Shown here piece after piece: positions 53,277 to 64,000 of a DNA stretch of 64,000 nucleotides. The notes beneath the pieces were generated by a model that was not told where the DNA came from, made no database searches, and saw only the letters and a list, made by a program, of their open reading frames with translations. The position numbers and the translations under genes are program-made. The DNA is from Eledone cirrhosa. Its lineage: Eukaryota. Where the stretch lies: positions 157,294,001-157,358,000 of the forward strand of contig OZ024743.1 in assembly GCA_964016885.1 (NCBI GenBank), written 5' to 3'. How positions within the stretch are numbered: position 1 is the stretch's first letter; the number at the start of each line of letters is the position of its first letter.

Positions 53277-56200
53277 ATAATAATAAATTTGAATACTAAA
53301 ATCCAAAGAGGGCTCGATAAGGATAAATATATATCAAATATATAAGAATCGTAGAGCAAATATTTATTAAAATAACAGATTAAAATTTAAGCAATGAATC
53401 GATGCTTTCACCCTTAACGGGATCTTCTGAAACTAACAAAGTCAATCTGGAAATTCAGAAGTGGATATTTCAAAGAACGTTGCAACCGGAGGAAGACAGG
53501 AAGACGATACTTTGTTTCGTGGAAACGTTCCCTGGCAAAGAACTGGAAAAAACGAATATAATACGTCATTAATAGGAACGGTGAAAAACAATTACGCGCA
53601 AAGACAGAACCACGTTTATGGTATAAAACAAGTCGTAGACTAATGTTCTCTTAGGTGGTTCATAGAGACGTTCTCGGGCAATGAACGGAAAAAGCGAAGA
53701 TAATACGTCATATGTGGAGCGTGGAGAACAATTGCACGCAAAGACAAAACCATGTAAATGGTATAGCTGAAGTCGTAGAATATAATTCTAACTAGGAAAC
53801 CGAATGAATCTCCGCTTCAGAGTGAAGAATAAAGTAAATAAAATACAATACAGATGTAATAGAAATTAAATAAATACATACACGAATGCAAATACGTACA
53901 TACACGAGCATACGCGAAAACACTTGCCATAGGTATACAAAACCACGCACATATAAATATGTGTGTGTGTGTGTGCGTGTATACACATAAATAAATAATT
54001 AATAATACTTAAATAAACGTATATAAATAAATAAATACGTATATAACCTTCGCACACACATAGCTACATGTAAATACACAAATGTTCGGAGACGCAAGTC
54101 AACCAAAACATGAAGTACACATATACGCACACCCTACATACGTACGAACCTGCATACTCACACAGACGCAAAACTCCCGTATACACATAACCAAACCATA
54201 TGTACCAGAATATATAAAAATTATACGCCATAACATATACAATCAAATATACGTACGAGAAAGTATACGTACCTTCACAAAACATACAGGTAATATATAC
54301 TTACCTATGCAAATAAGTAATGGTATAAACAAAACATATACTTAGCTACCACATCAAGACGTAACATATCCACGTATAGATCGTACTATCCGTTAGGGTA
54401 TAACGTGGGGCTGTAATACAGGAAAGTTTTGTGCAATTTAGGTTTACAAGCCGAAATTGCCTCAGATTTTTTGTTTAAGATGAGGTCTGTGGCGTAGAGT
54501 ATTTCCAGGGCCTCAGCGGCGCAGAGGTCACATTATCTTTTATTCACGTTATACGATCTAGCCCTAGCTAGGATCTCCCAGTGTAACTTATATTGGGTGT
54601 GGTTGTCTTTTAGACTCCAGATATAAGCTGAAAGTGACGTCATATTCCTTCTTAGAGGGTAACGAAAAGAATGGGTATGCATGTAAAGACGCTGCTTGAA
54701 TCTATTGGCGGTTAACCCTATGTAGGCCCTACGGGACGTGGGTGTTTCAACCTTACATTTGTAGACAATGTTACTAGAGAGGCATTTCCTGGATAGGGGG
54801 CAATCAACCAGATTCCTACAATTACAGTTACTACTAACTACAGGATTGCACGTGTTCCTACGGCTAGGTAGTTTAGCTAAATTTGAAGTTGTGATGTTAT
54901 GTGCAAGGTTAGGAGTCGTAGAGTAAGAAATGTTAATAGTATTTCTATTAAAAATTTTACTATATTTATGTGTAGGGGGAAAATGCTTCGTAATAAGGGA
55001 AAGAAAGATCTTAGCTAATGGTGTGGCCACCTCCATAATATATGGTGGGTTATACCAACAAATGCGATGGATATATTTCTTCTAGGTCTATTTTCGTACT
55101 CTGTATATGCTACCTTATCGACAAAACCACTCCGAGCAAGAGCTTCATTGTAATAAGTGGAATGGTCGTAGAAAATATGCTTGTCGGTAGATAGACGGGA
55201 AAGCCTCAACGAAACGTTTCTTACCAGGTTCTTATTGAATCATATTCATCATGCAGAAACAACATCTGAATATTTCTACATAGAACATACCCGTACCAAG
55301 CAAGAAAACATACCTAAAACACCTGATACAGAAAACAGACGCGTTCATTAAAAGGTTGCGTTGGCCTGCCTTTTATTTAGATAATTCGCGAAAAGCAGAC
55401 AACAAACAGGATAAATTTGGGTTTAAAACCTATAATAACGTCCCGTCTAACCCAGCATTGCTACCCGTCGAAAATGATGTCTTGGAACTCATACAGAGTA
55501 TCAAATATCGAAATAGGAGCAATTCCTTCCAGCAGGACCTGAAGAAGAGAATTCGTTCTATTAAGGATTCTAATGCCGTGCACGTCCATTCCGACAAAAC
55601 TGGCAACCTATATCAAGTGGAGCGCAGTATTTACCATCAACTACAACATAATGCTGTAACTAAGGATTACCGTAAAACTAATCGGTGCGTCATCTATGAA
55701 ATCAACGATGCTGGGTTTAAAATCACCTCTGATCTCAACATCCTGGACCGGACCGAACCTCTGGACCCTAATTCTCCCCACTTTACCCTGAAGGATCACA
55801 AATCCAATTTTCCGAACAACCCCTCTATTCGGCTTATTAACCCTACGAAGTCCGATTTAGGTAGACTTAGTAAAAGGATTCTTGATAGAATTATACCTGA
55901 AATTAGAAGTTTGGCCCCTTTTGCACTGTGGAACAATTCTTTCGCAGTGATTGATTGGTTCAACGGCATATGCAACAAGGAACATTGCCGTTTTATCCAA
56001 TTCGACATTAACAATTACTACTCCTCCATCACTTTACCACTTCTCTTTAGAGATATCAATTTCGTTAAAACACTCACAGTGGTTAAGGATTTCGAAGTTG
56101 ATGTCATCCTCAATGCCCGTAAGTCGGTCATTAATTTCGACGACTCTATTTGTATTAAAAAATCCAATAGTACCCTATTCGACGTGAGTATGGGCGCCAG

Positions 56201-58381
56201 CGATTCTGCGGAGGTTACTGATCTTATCGGCCTTTTCCTTCTTTTTTCTTTCAAAGACGAATTCCCCAACGCGGGCGCTGGTTTTTTACCGTGATGATGG
56301 TCTTTTGACCATGACTAAGTGCGGACCTCGTGCTTGCGACAGGTTCAGAAAAAACTCACAGCATTCTTTAAAGGCTTCAACCTCGCTATACAGGTTGAGG
56401 CCACTCTCTCGGTCGTTAATTACCACGACGTTACCCTCAATTTATGGAATCGGTTGTATTACCTCTATAGAAAGCCGAATGATACGCTTAATTACATAAG
56501 TAAGCATTCCAACCATCCTGCCAGCATAACCGAGAACCTGGTAAGAAACGTTTCGTTGAGGCTTTCCCGTCTATCTACTAACGAGCATATTTTCAACGAC
56601 CATTCCACTTATTACAATGAAGCTCTTGCTCGGAGTGGATTTGTCGATAAGTTAGCATATACAGAGTACGAAAATAGACTTAGAAGAAATAGATCCCGTC
56701 GCATTTGTTGGTATAACCGACCATATAATATGGAGGTGGCCACACCATTAGCAAAGATCTTTCTTTCCCTTATTACGAAGCCTTTTCCCCCCTACACATA
56801 AATATAGTAAAATTTTTAATAGAAATACTATTAACATTTCTTACTCTACGACTCCTAACCTTGCACATAACATCACATCTTCAAATTTAGCTAAATTACC
56901 TAGCCGTAGGAACACGTGCAACCCTGTAGTTAGTACTAACTGTAATTGTAGGGATCGGGTGGATTGCCCCCTATCCAGGAAATGCCTCTCTAGTAACATT
57001 GTCTACAAATGTAAGGTTGAAACACCCACGTCCCGTAGGGCCTACATAGGGTTAACCGCCAATAGATTCAAGCAGCGTCTTTACATGCATACCCATTCTT
57101 TTCGTTACCCTCTAAGAAGGAATATGACGTCACTTTCAGCTTATATCTGGAGTCTAAAAGACAACCACACCGAATATAAGTTATACTGGGAGATCCTAGC
57201 TTGGGTTAGATCGTATAACGTGAATAAAGGACCATGTGACCTCTGCGCCGATGAGGCCCTGGAAATACTCTACGCCACAGACCACATCTTAAACAAAAAA
57301 TCTGAGGCAATTTCGGCTTGTAAACCTAAATTGCACAAAACTTTCCTGTATTACAGCCCCACGTTATACCCTAACGGATAGTACGATCTATACGTGGATA
57401 TGTTACGTCTTGATGTGGTAGCTAAGTATATGTTTTGTTTATACCATTACTTATTTGCATAGGTAAGTATATATTATTTGTATGTTTTGTGAAGGTACGT
57501 ATACTTTCTCGTACGTATATTTGATTTTATATGTTATGGCGTATAATTTTTATATATTCTGGTACATATGGTTTGGTTATCTGTATACGGGAGTTTTGCG
57601 TCTGTGTGAGTATGCAGGTTCGTACGTAAGTAGGGTGTGCGTATATGTGTACTTCATGTTTTGGTTGACTTACGTCTCCGAACATTTGTGTATTTACATG
57701 TAGGTATTTGTGTGCGCTTGTTATATACGTATTTATTTATTTATATACGTTTATTTAAGTATTATTAATTATTTATTTATGTGTATACACGCACACACAC
57801 ACACACATATTTATATGTGCGTGGTTTTGTATACCTATGGCAAGTGTTTTCGCGTACGCTTGTGTATGTACGTATTTGCATTCGTGTATGTATTTATTGT
57901 ATTTTATTTACTTTATTCTTAACTCTGAAGCGGAGATTCATTCGGTTTCCTAGTTAGAATTTTAGTCTACGACTTCAGCTATACCATTTACATGGTTTTG
58001 TCTTTGCGTGCAATTGTTCTCCACGCTCCACATATGACGTATTATCTTCGCTTTTTCCGTTCATTGCCCGAGAACGTCTCTATGAACCACCTAAGAGAAC
58101 ATTAGTCTACGACTTGTTTTATACCATAAACGTGGTTCTGTCTTTGCGCGTAATTGTTTTTCACCGCTCCTATTAATGACGTATTATATTCGTTTTTTCC
58201 CGTCTTTGCCAGGGAACGTGTCCACGAACCAAAGTATCGTCTTCCTATCTTCCTCCGGTTGCAACGTTCTTTGAAATATCCACTTCTGAGTTTACAGATT
58301 GATTTTGTTAGTTTCAGAAGATCCCGTTAAGGGTGAAAGCATCGATTCTTTGCTTAAACTTTAATCTGTTATTTTAATAAA
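53274..58381. mobile_element. Hydra-type PLE as a ~5.1-kb head-to-head palindrome (copy 2)
   Basis: Left arm 53274-55232 carries the tail and mirrors about 56533-58381. The spacer holds the ORF N-terminus and RT. Confidence 0.92.
55251..57381 (+). pseudogene. Apparently full-length Hydra-type PLE ORF with a stop and frameshifts
   Basis: ATG at 55251 is in frame with ORF 55356: MQKQHLNIST*NIPVPSKKTYLKHLIQKTDAFIKRLRW. RT and GIY-YIG motifs as in copy 1. Confidence 0.85.
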
Positions 58382-58867
58382 TATATATATATATATATAT
58401 ATATTCAGTTGAAGAAAGTTGGTTGATCACAAATCTGCCGACCTTCCTTAAAAAGACGTGAAACACTCCACAATTTATGTTCCTTGCTTACATAAAACAG
58501 ATAAGACATTCCGCCGAATATATAGTTAAAACTTCTATAAGTAATATACAATAGACCATCAGCTAATTAATAAACCATACATAAAGATACACATACATTG
58601 TCAGCTCACTATCAAAGTTTTAATATCTAAAATTGAAATCTAAGTAAGTAAAGTTGATTCTGGAAAGAAAAAAAATAAATGAATAGTACTTCCAAGCCAT
58701 TCTAAGAATCAAACGACCACTCTGTAACCTCATACCCCAGCCAGCTTTCAATCCCCAATGTCAGCAACACTCAAAAATAGAAGAAACGTCTTGCCATATA
58801 AGTACCGGACGGCGCGGTTAACGTCACGTCGGATTAGTGGCATATCAATGAAAAAATACATCTTGAT

Positions 58868-58936
58868 CCGTCTGAAGAAAACGTGTAAGGTGGTTATTAT
58901 ATAGCTACGTTACATCTTTGAAATACGTACAACGAA
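58868..58936 (+). ncRNA. Probable decayed hammerhead
   Basis: cgt CTGAAGA [41-nt hairpin] GAAA tacgta CA acg, about 50 nt upstream of a (TA)n tract. Confidence 0.4.
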
Positions 58937-59024
58937 CTAGATGGTAAAATGAAGATGTACGAATAATACTGTCCTCTTATTTATTCTATATATATAAATC
59001 AAAATGGATGCAGTGAAAACCTAT

Positions 59025-59120
59025 TTGACCATTACTCACCAGAGTACTCGATAATTGGTGTAGTAGAGTTGTGTAATATGAAAGAGTCGGAACTCCGACG
59101 GCTGCACTTTTGCTGTTTCA
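59025..59120 (-). mobile_element. Old family A fragment
   Basis: GACCAT..CACCAGAGTACTCGATA..GTAGTAGAGT..AATATGAAAGAGTCGGAACTCCGACGGCTG matches 13920-14000. Confidence 0.55.
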
Positions 59121-61994
59121 AAACAGAGGGCACACGCAACATAGGCAACAGAAAAACAGCAGCCACTTTTTCCCAGTCAACCGCTGAAAATCACTAAAGT
59201 TTCAGTTTATTAAGGGTGATATAGTATATTCCAGTTCCCATTAGAGCGCAACAAAAGAAGTAGAAAAAACACAGGACATTTTATACCTTTCGGCAAATTA
59301 CACACTTAGGAAAGAAAATGCTCAAAGTACATCAAATGAAAAAGAACGGCGAGAACAGTCTGTGGAGTCTTAGCCAAACGAGAAAAAATATAGAAAAGGG
59401 GGAATTAGTAAAACAGAAAAGAATAATAATGGCTGCGGCCTAACGTGCATACACAGAACAATGGAAGAGGTAAGAAGTGTGAATATATGAAGACAAACTG
59501 GGCTGTGTGATGTCTATTATTTGATTGATTCAAAGAAAACCTGTATGAATTCAAAACATAGGGTTCATAGTACAAAGACAAAATAAAACATTAGGAAAAC
59601 AGATAGACCCAACTCCTCAGTCAACTTCTGGAATTCAGTACAGTTTCAGTAATTTAAGGTTGATATATTGTTCATTTTAATGCACATGTGTGTGTGTGTA
59701 TGTGTGTGTGTGTGTGTGTATGTGTGTGTGTGTGGGGGGGGGAGTGCTTGAGAATCTGTTTTCGTTGAAAATATGCGAGACTAAATAAATAAATACACAC
59801 AAAACTAGATAGAGTTATGATCAGCTATTTCCTAAATAAGTAATATGAATTAATATTATGTAAAATATATATAAATATGAATGTGGTTTAGACTTGTAAA
59901 GATAACCTCTGTAATTATAAAGACCTTGCAAACAAAATGTGTCTATAACTTATCTTAGATGTTTGAAGCCAAATCGAATTGAAAATATCTATTCAAAGCA
60001 TGGTAGTATGCTGCCTCGGCTACTGCTGCAGTTGATGACGATGATAATTGCATTGCTGATGGATGGTGGCGGCAGCGATCTGGTTATCGTTGAATATGAC
60101 CCTTTTATCTCTGCCATCGGGGATCCAAACAAGCTGGGAATAATAAAAATAGCAAATAAAAACATGACTGAAAGAGACAGGAATCTAAGAGTTGGATTAT
60201 TCTCAAGAAAATATGTGATTATTATAGACCATGTTCTACCATTTCCTCGAAGATCTAGATTTCCAAAGAACCTATTGGACGCCATGATAACCACATATAT
60301 ATTTAATTTCCATTGATATTCTAAAACGAAATTTTATTGTTGATAGATATGGTATGGTTAGAATCATATATTCAATCGTTGGGGAAACACAGACTATTCC
60401 GTCTCCGCGTAATGTAACCTGTAACCCAAAGCAAGTCAGACTGGTTGTGGAAACCATATTTGCATAAGATAAGCAATGCTGGTGATAGTGATAAATGTTT
60501 TTTGTAGGTGGTGTTAGTGGTGTAAATAATTGTGGCTGTGGTAGAGGGTGTGTTTCAAATAGGAAGGAGTTTGTTGCCGTTGTCGTCTTCATGGTCATTT
60601 TGTTGATAACAGTGGTTGATGATATTTATGGAAGTGTGGATTTTGTTGTTGGCGTTGAAGTGGTGAGGGGGTAGCAATGATGGAAATAGTGGTGGTGGTG
60701 GTGGTGGTGGTGATGGAAATAGTGCTTGTCATCATAGTGATAATGACAGATGTAGTTGGTGGTAGCATTAATAGTTTTGATGGTAGTTGTGGTGATGATT
60801 GCAGTACTGGTGATTTTGGTGATGCAACTGGATTCAGTGTTAATGGTGGAAGGAAGTTGGTTGTGATTTGATAGTTTTTGTGGATGTAATGCTGCTGCTG
60901 GATTTTGATGCTACTGGTGGTGGTTTTGCTAATAGTGATAGTTATTATAATGCTCGTATCTTTATTCTTAGTAGTATGTAAATTCAGTGCTTCAAGCTAA
61001 TGAAATTCTTATTAATTATTATTAACTGATTTTCCACGTCGTTTCTTGCGACTAACTTCTGTATCTTAGGAGGGAAGTGAATCATTGATAATTCTAAATT
61101 CATGTCTCAGGTGTGCAGCGTGCATGTGTATGCTTATGCAACAGTTTATATGTATGTGATGGTTAATGAGTCACTATTCAGTATGACCGCCTTTTGCGAT
61201 CCTTTATATGGTGCAGTATAAAGGAGTTTATATGAATATAGGTTTACGAAGCTATTTGAAGAGAATAGGTACAGCATCTGTCGGTTCTAACTCACTTAAT
61301 GGTATAATCAGATTTGTATTATTAGAAATACCAAGCCATTACACAGAGTGTACATATACGTTAATCAGTAAGATAAACGACTTCGTGCGGATAATATTAC
61401 TATATCAAATATACCCGGACCAATGCGTTGGTTTCTGCACACCGGTGTGTCACGATTAGGTCCAGCTGGAACCACTATTCAGAGTAGTGAGGTAATATCA
61501 GCAGGTATTTGTTTTGGGGCTCGGAAAGCTTCGTCGGGGTGTTTGTAGTCTCCCACAAATGGAAAGGTTTGTTTAACTGACTAGTGCAAGTTCAGTTGTT
61601 GCCATCTCAAATGTAATAGTAGTTCTAGACTTGTAGTGGTAAATGCCTCTCTTCAAAAACGAGGTAAGCCAAACCAGAGTTTTTATGTAGAGAACAAAGA
61701 CATAGCTGCAAATAAGAAATAACTCAATTTAGAATAAATAAATATATAAGGATGTTAAAATTTAATTCAGATGATGGTCCTTTCCCTGGGAGATTATATG
61801 AATATAGCTTTAAGAAGCTAATCAAAGAGAATATATATATATAGTCAAGGATACGAAATTGTTTAGACAAATGTATCCACAGTATGCCTGTTTGTTTGAT
61901 TATCCAGCCGCAATGGTATAAGATTTGAGGGAAACATTGTTATGACATCGATTCATACCACACACACACACATCTATCTATCTATCTATCTATA

Positions 61995-62025
<31 letters not shown>

Positions 62026-62229
62026 ATAATCTAGCTGTCGTCTGTTCTACAGTGTGGATGTAATTCACTTCGCGCAGAAGTTTTGTTCAAATTTATTGCG
62101 GAAATTTTGTGAGTTCAAATTTAATTTTGATACTATTGTGTAGCTTGACCCCCCGTCTGAACTGTCAGACGGTGGGTCAGCTCATCTTTACCCCTCCTAG
62201 AGGTGAAAAACCTGTTTTCTTAAAATTTT

Positions 62230-63821
62230 GTGGCAAAAAAAAAAAAATTTTTCAATCGTCTGACAGAAATGTTAAACGAAGCGAACGAAAATAGTGGTGG
62301 GGGGACAGCGGTAAGAGTTGTAAGCTCGCAAGCTTTAGTCCCCCCCTCTTCCTTCCCAACTAACGTCATAGAGAAGGAAGGAAAAATAAAAATAAAAACA
62401 GACGAATCTGCGGAGAAAAATGACGAAAACACAAATCTGGACATGGATTCCAACAACGAAAAAAAAAATTTGAAAAATTGCATGACAATACTAACACCAC
62501 AAACAAAGACACAACAAACACAAAAATAACATTTGAAAATAACACCATAACAGAAAGCAAAGCAGACGACAGAGTCAAGATTTCATTTGCACAAACAACA
62601 AAGAAATCGTTGACATATATACCCGAAAATATTTCAGATGTGGCACGAAGAATCACAGACGCCAAACAATACATAAGTGAAGGAGAGAATGGTATTTTAT
62701 CGGTAAAAATGCCTCAAGAACTCACCAAAGACATTGAAAGTCGAACGGTCGTGTTCCGCACCATCAACAACACTACAAAAAAAACCTGAACAGCCTTCTC
62801 AAGCAGATATCAAAACAGTACTCACAGAACTACTTAATGAAACCACTTTCATAAGAAAAGACAGATTGTATGGAAGCCTAGCAATTATCATGAAGAACAA
62901 ATCGGCGGCAAAAAAATGTGCTTTGTCACCGATTCCTTCGAAAAATTTTACCTTTTATCCATCTTATATGGGTAAAAGAACTCAACGCATATGGCTGGAT
63001 GCAATAATGCCAGATGTGGACTACTGCTGGCTCATAGCTGGCTTCATCGATCCAGTGAATGACAACGTGATTTCCATTGGGAAAACCACAGGCAATGCGT
63101 TCAGTGGAACAGGTATAGAGCTGGTAGTGCAAATGAAGCCTGAACGCATCGCCCAAATACCCGACAGAATCCTATTAGAGGGCCACGGGTATATAAACAT
63201 TAGCGTGGAGGGGAGAAGGCCGTCCTGTCATAGCTGTGCAGGCAGAGGGCACCTGAAAGCCGCTTGTCCCCAACTCAACAAAAAGAAAACCCTGCTACCA
63301 ACACCATCTCCACCACCACCACCACAACAGATAAACAAACAAAAAAACTCAGTCCCACCCAACCCGTCCCTCAGTAAAACCACACCACCACCACAACACA
63401 AACAGTCACAACACATTACCCCAAAACAAAATACAGGCCCACCCAACCCCTCACTCAATAAAACAACACAACCACCGCAGACACAACACAGTCTAACATA
63501 GTGACATCCATCTCCCCCACAAAGAAAACCAACACGGAAACATTACCAGCAAACATACCTCTTCCCTCCAACACTGAAGATAACCCAACGAATTCGGAGG
63601 AAGAAACGGCGTCCTTCAGACAGATTAAAAGGAAAAAAAGAAAACATGTGCAAAACACACAAGGCCAAACAACCCCCACCCAAATCTCAACACAATCCAA
63701 CAAAACAGAAAACACCCCTCCAGCAACAAACAAAACCAAACCTGCCCCTCCCCTCTTCGATACACTCACAGCATCCGAAAAAAAAGACATTACACTATAC
63801 TTACATCAACAGAAACAATAA
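62230..63821 (+). pseudogene. Non-LTR retrotransposon ORF1 (gag-like), frameshifted; the element continues past the window
   Basis: Zinc knuckle CHSCAGRGHLKAAC (CX2CX4HX4C) preceded by I.VEGRRP, then a Pro/Thr/Gln-rich tail. A-rich sense strand. Confidence 0.7.
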
Positions 63822-64000
63822 TAAATTAAATGAACTCATAAACAATAATCCTTCGGTACAAACCGAAGGTGTAAACTTTGTTTCTTCAGAAAACTACCCA
63901 CATTTAAAATTAATAAAGATCCCAATGAACCGCTACCAAAAACTTAAAAAGGATTTTAAGGAGGACGTAGGACCACCCTCTGTCAAACCCATAAACCGCG

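Noticed and set aside
59939-60960. Host gene (membrane or mucin-like ORFs)
   Set aside because: Degenerate (GGT/GAT)n low-complexity DNA with short ORFs on both strands and no motif. A small exon cannot be excluded.
61177-61835. Two similar ~45-bp segments (about 61224 and 61790) with a CAGATGA HHR-like start
   Set aside because: Too degenerate to build stems or a GAAA core with confidence.

Overview
AT-rich, microsatellite-dense eukaryotic (animal) DNA with no recognisable host gene. The tRNA-derived SINE with a Meta-type core and the repeat landscape suggest a mollusc, plausibly an octopus (inference). The window is a stack of retroelements, most sitting between (TA)n tracts: at least seven Penelope-like element (PLE; RT + GIY-YIG) copies or fragments of Hydra-type, Neptune/Naiad-type and Poseidon/Nematis-like kinds, RTE and L1/Tx1 LINEs, SINEs, two non-autonomous Helitrons and a hAT MITE. 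The main signal is that most PLE-related insertions, from about 140 bp to about 5 kb, are head-to-head palindromes. Many of them carry a minimal type-I hammerhead ribozyme (HHR) motif with a self-complementary stem III near the 3' end. These include non-coding, terminally redundant retrozyme-like units of about 340, 440, 525 and 600 nt, and hammerheads with non-canonical cores (U3:A8 covariation, CAGAAGA, CTAATGA) or large domain-II inserts. All structures were read by eye; no alignments or folding programs were run, so boundaries are approximate.
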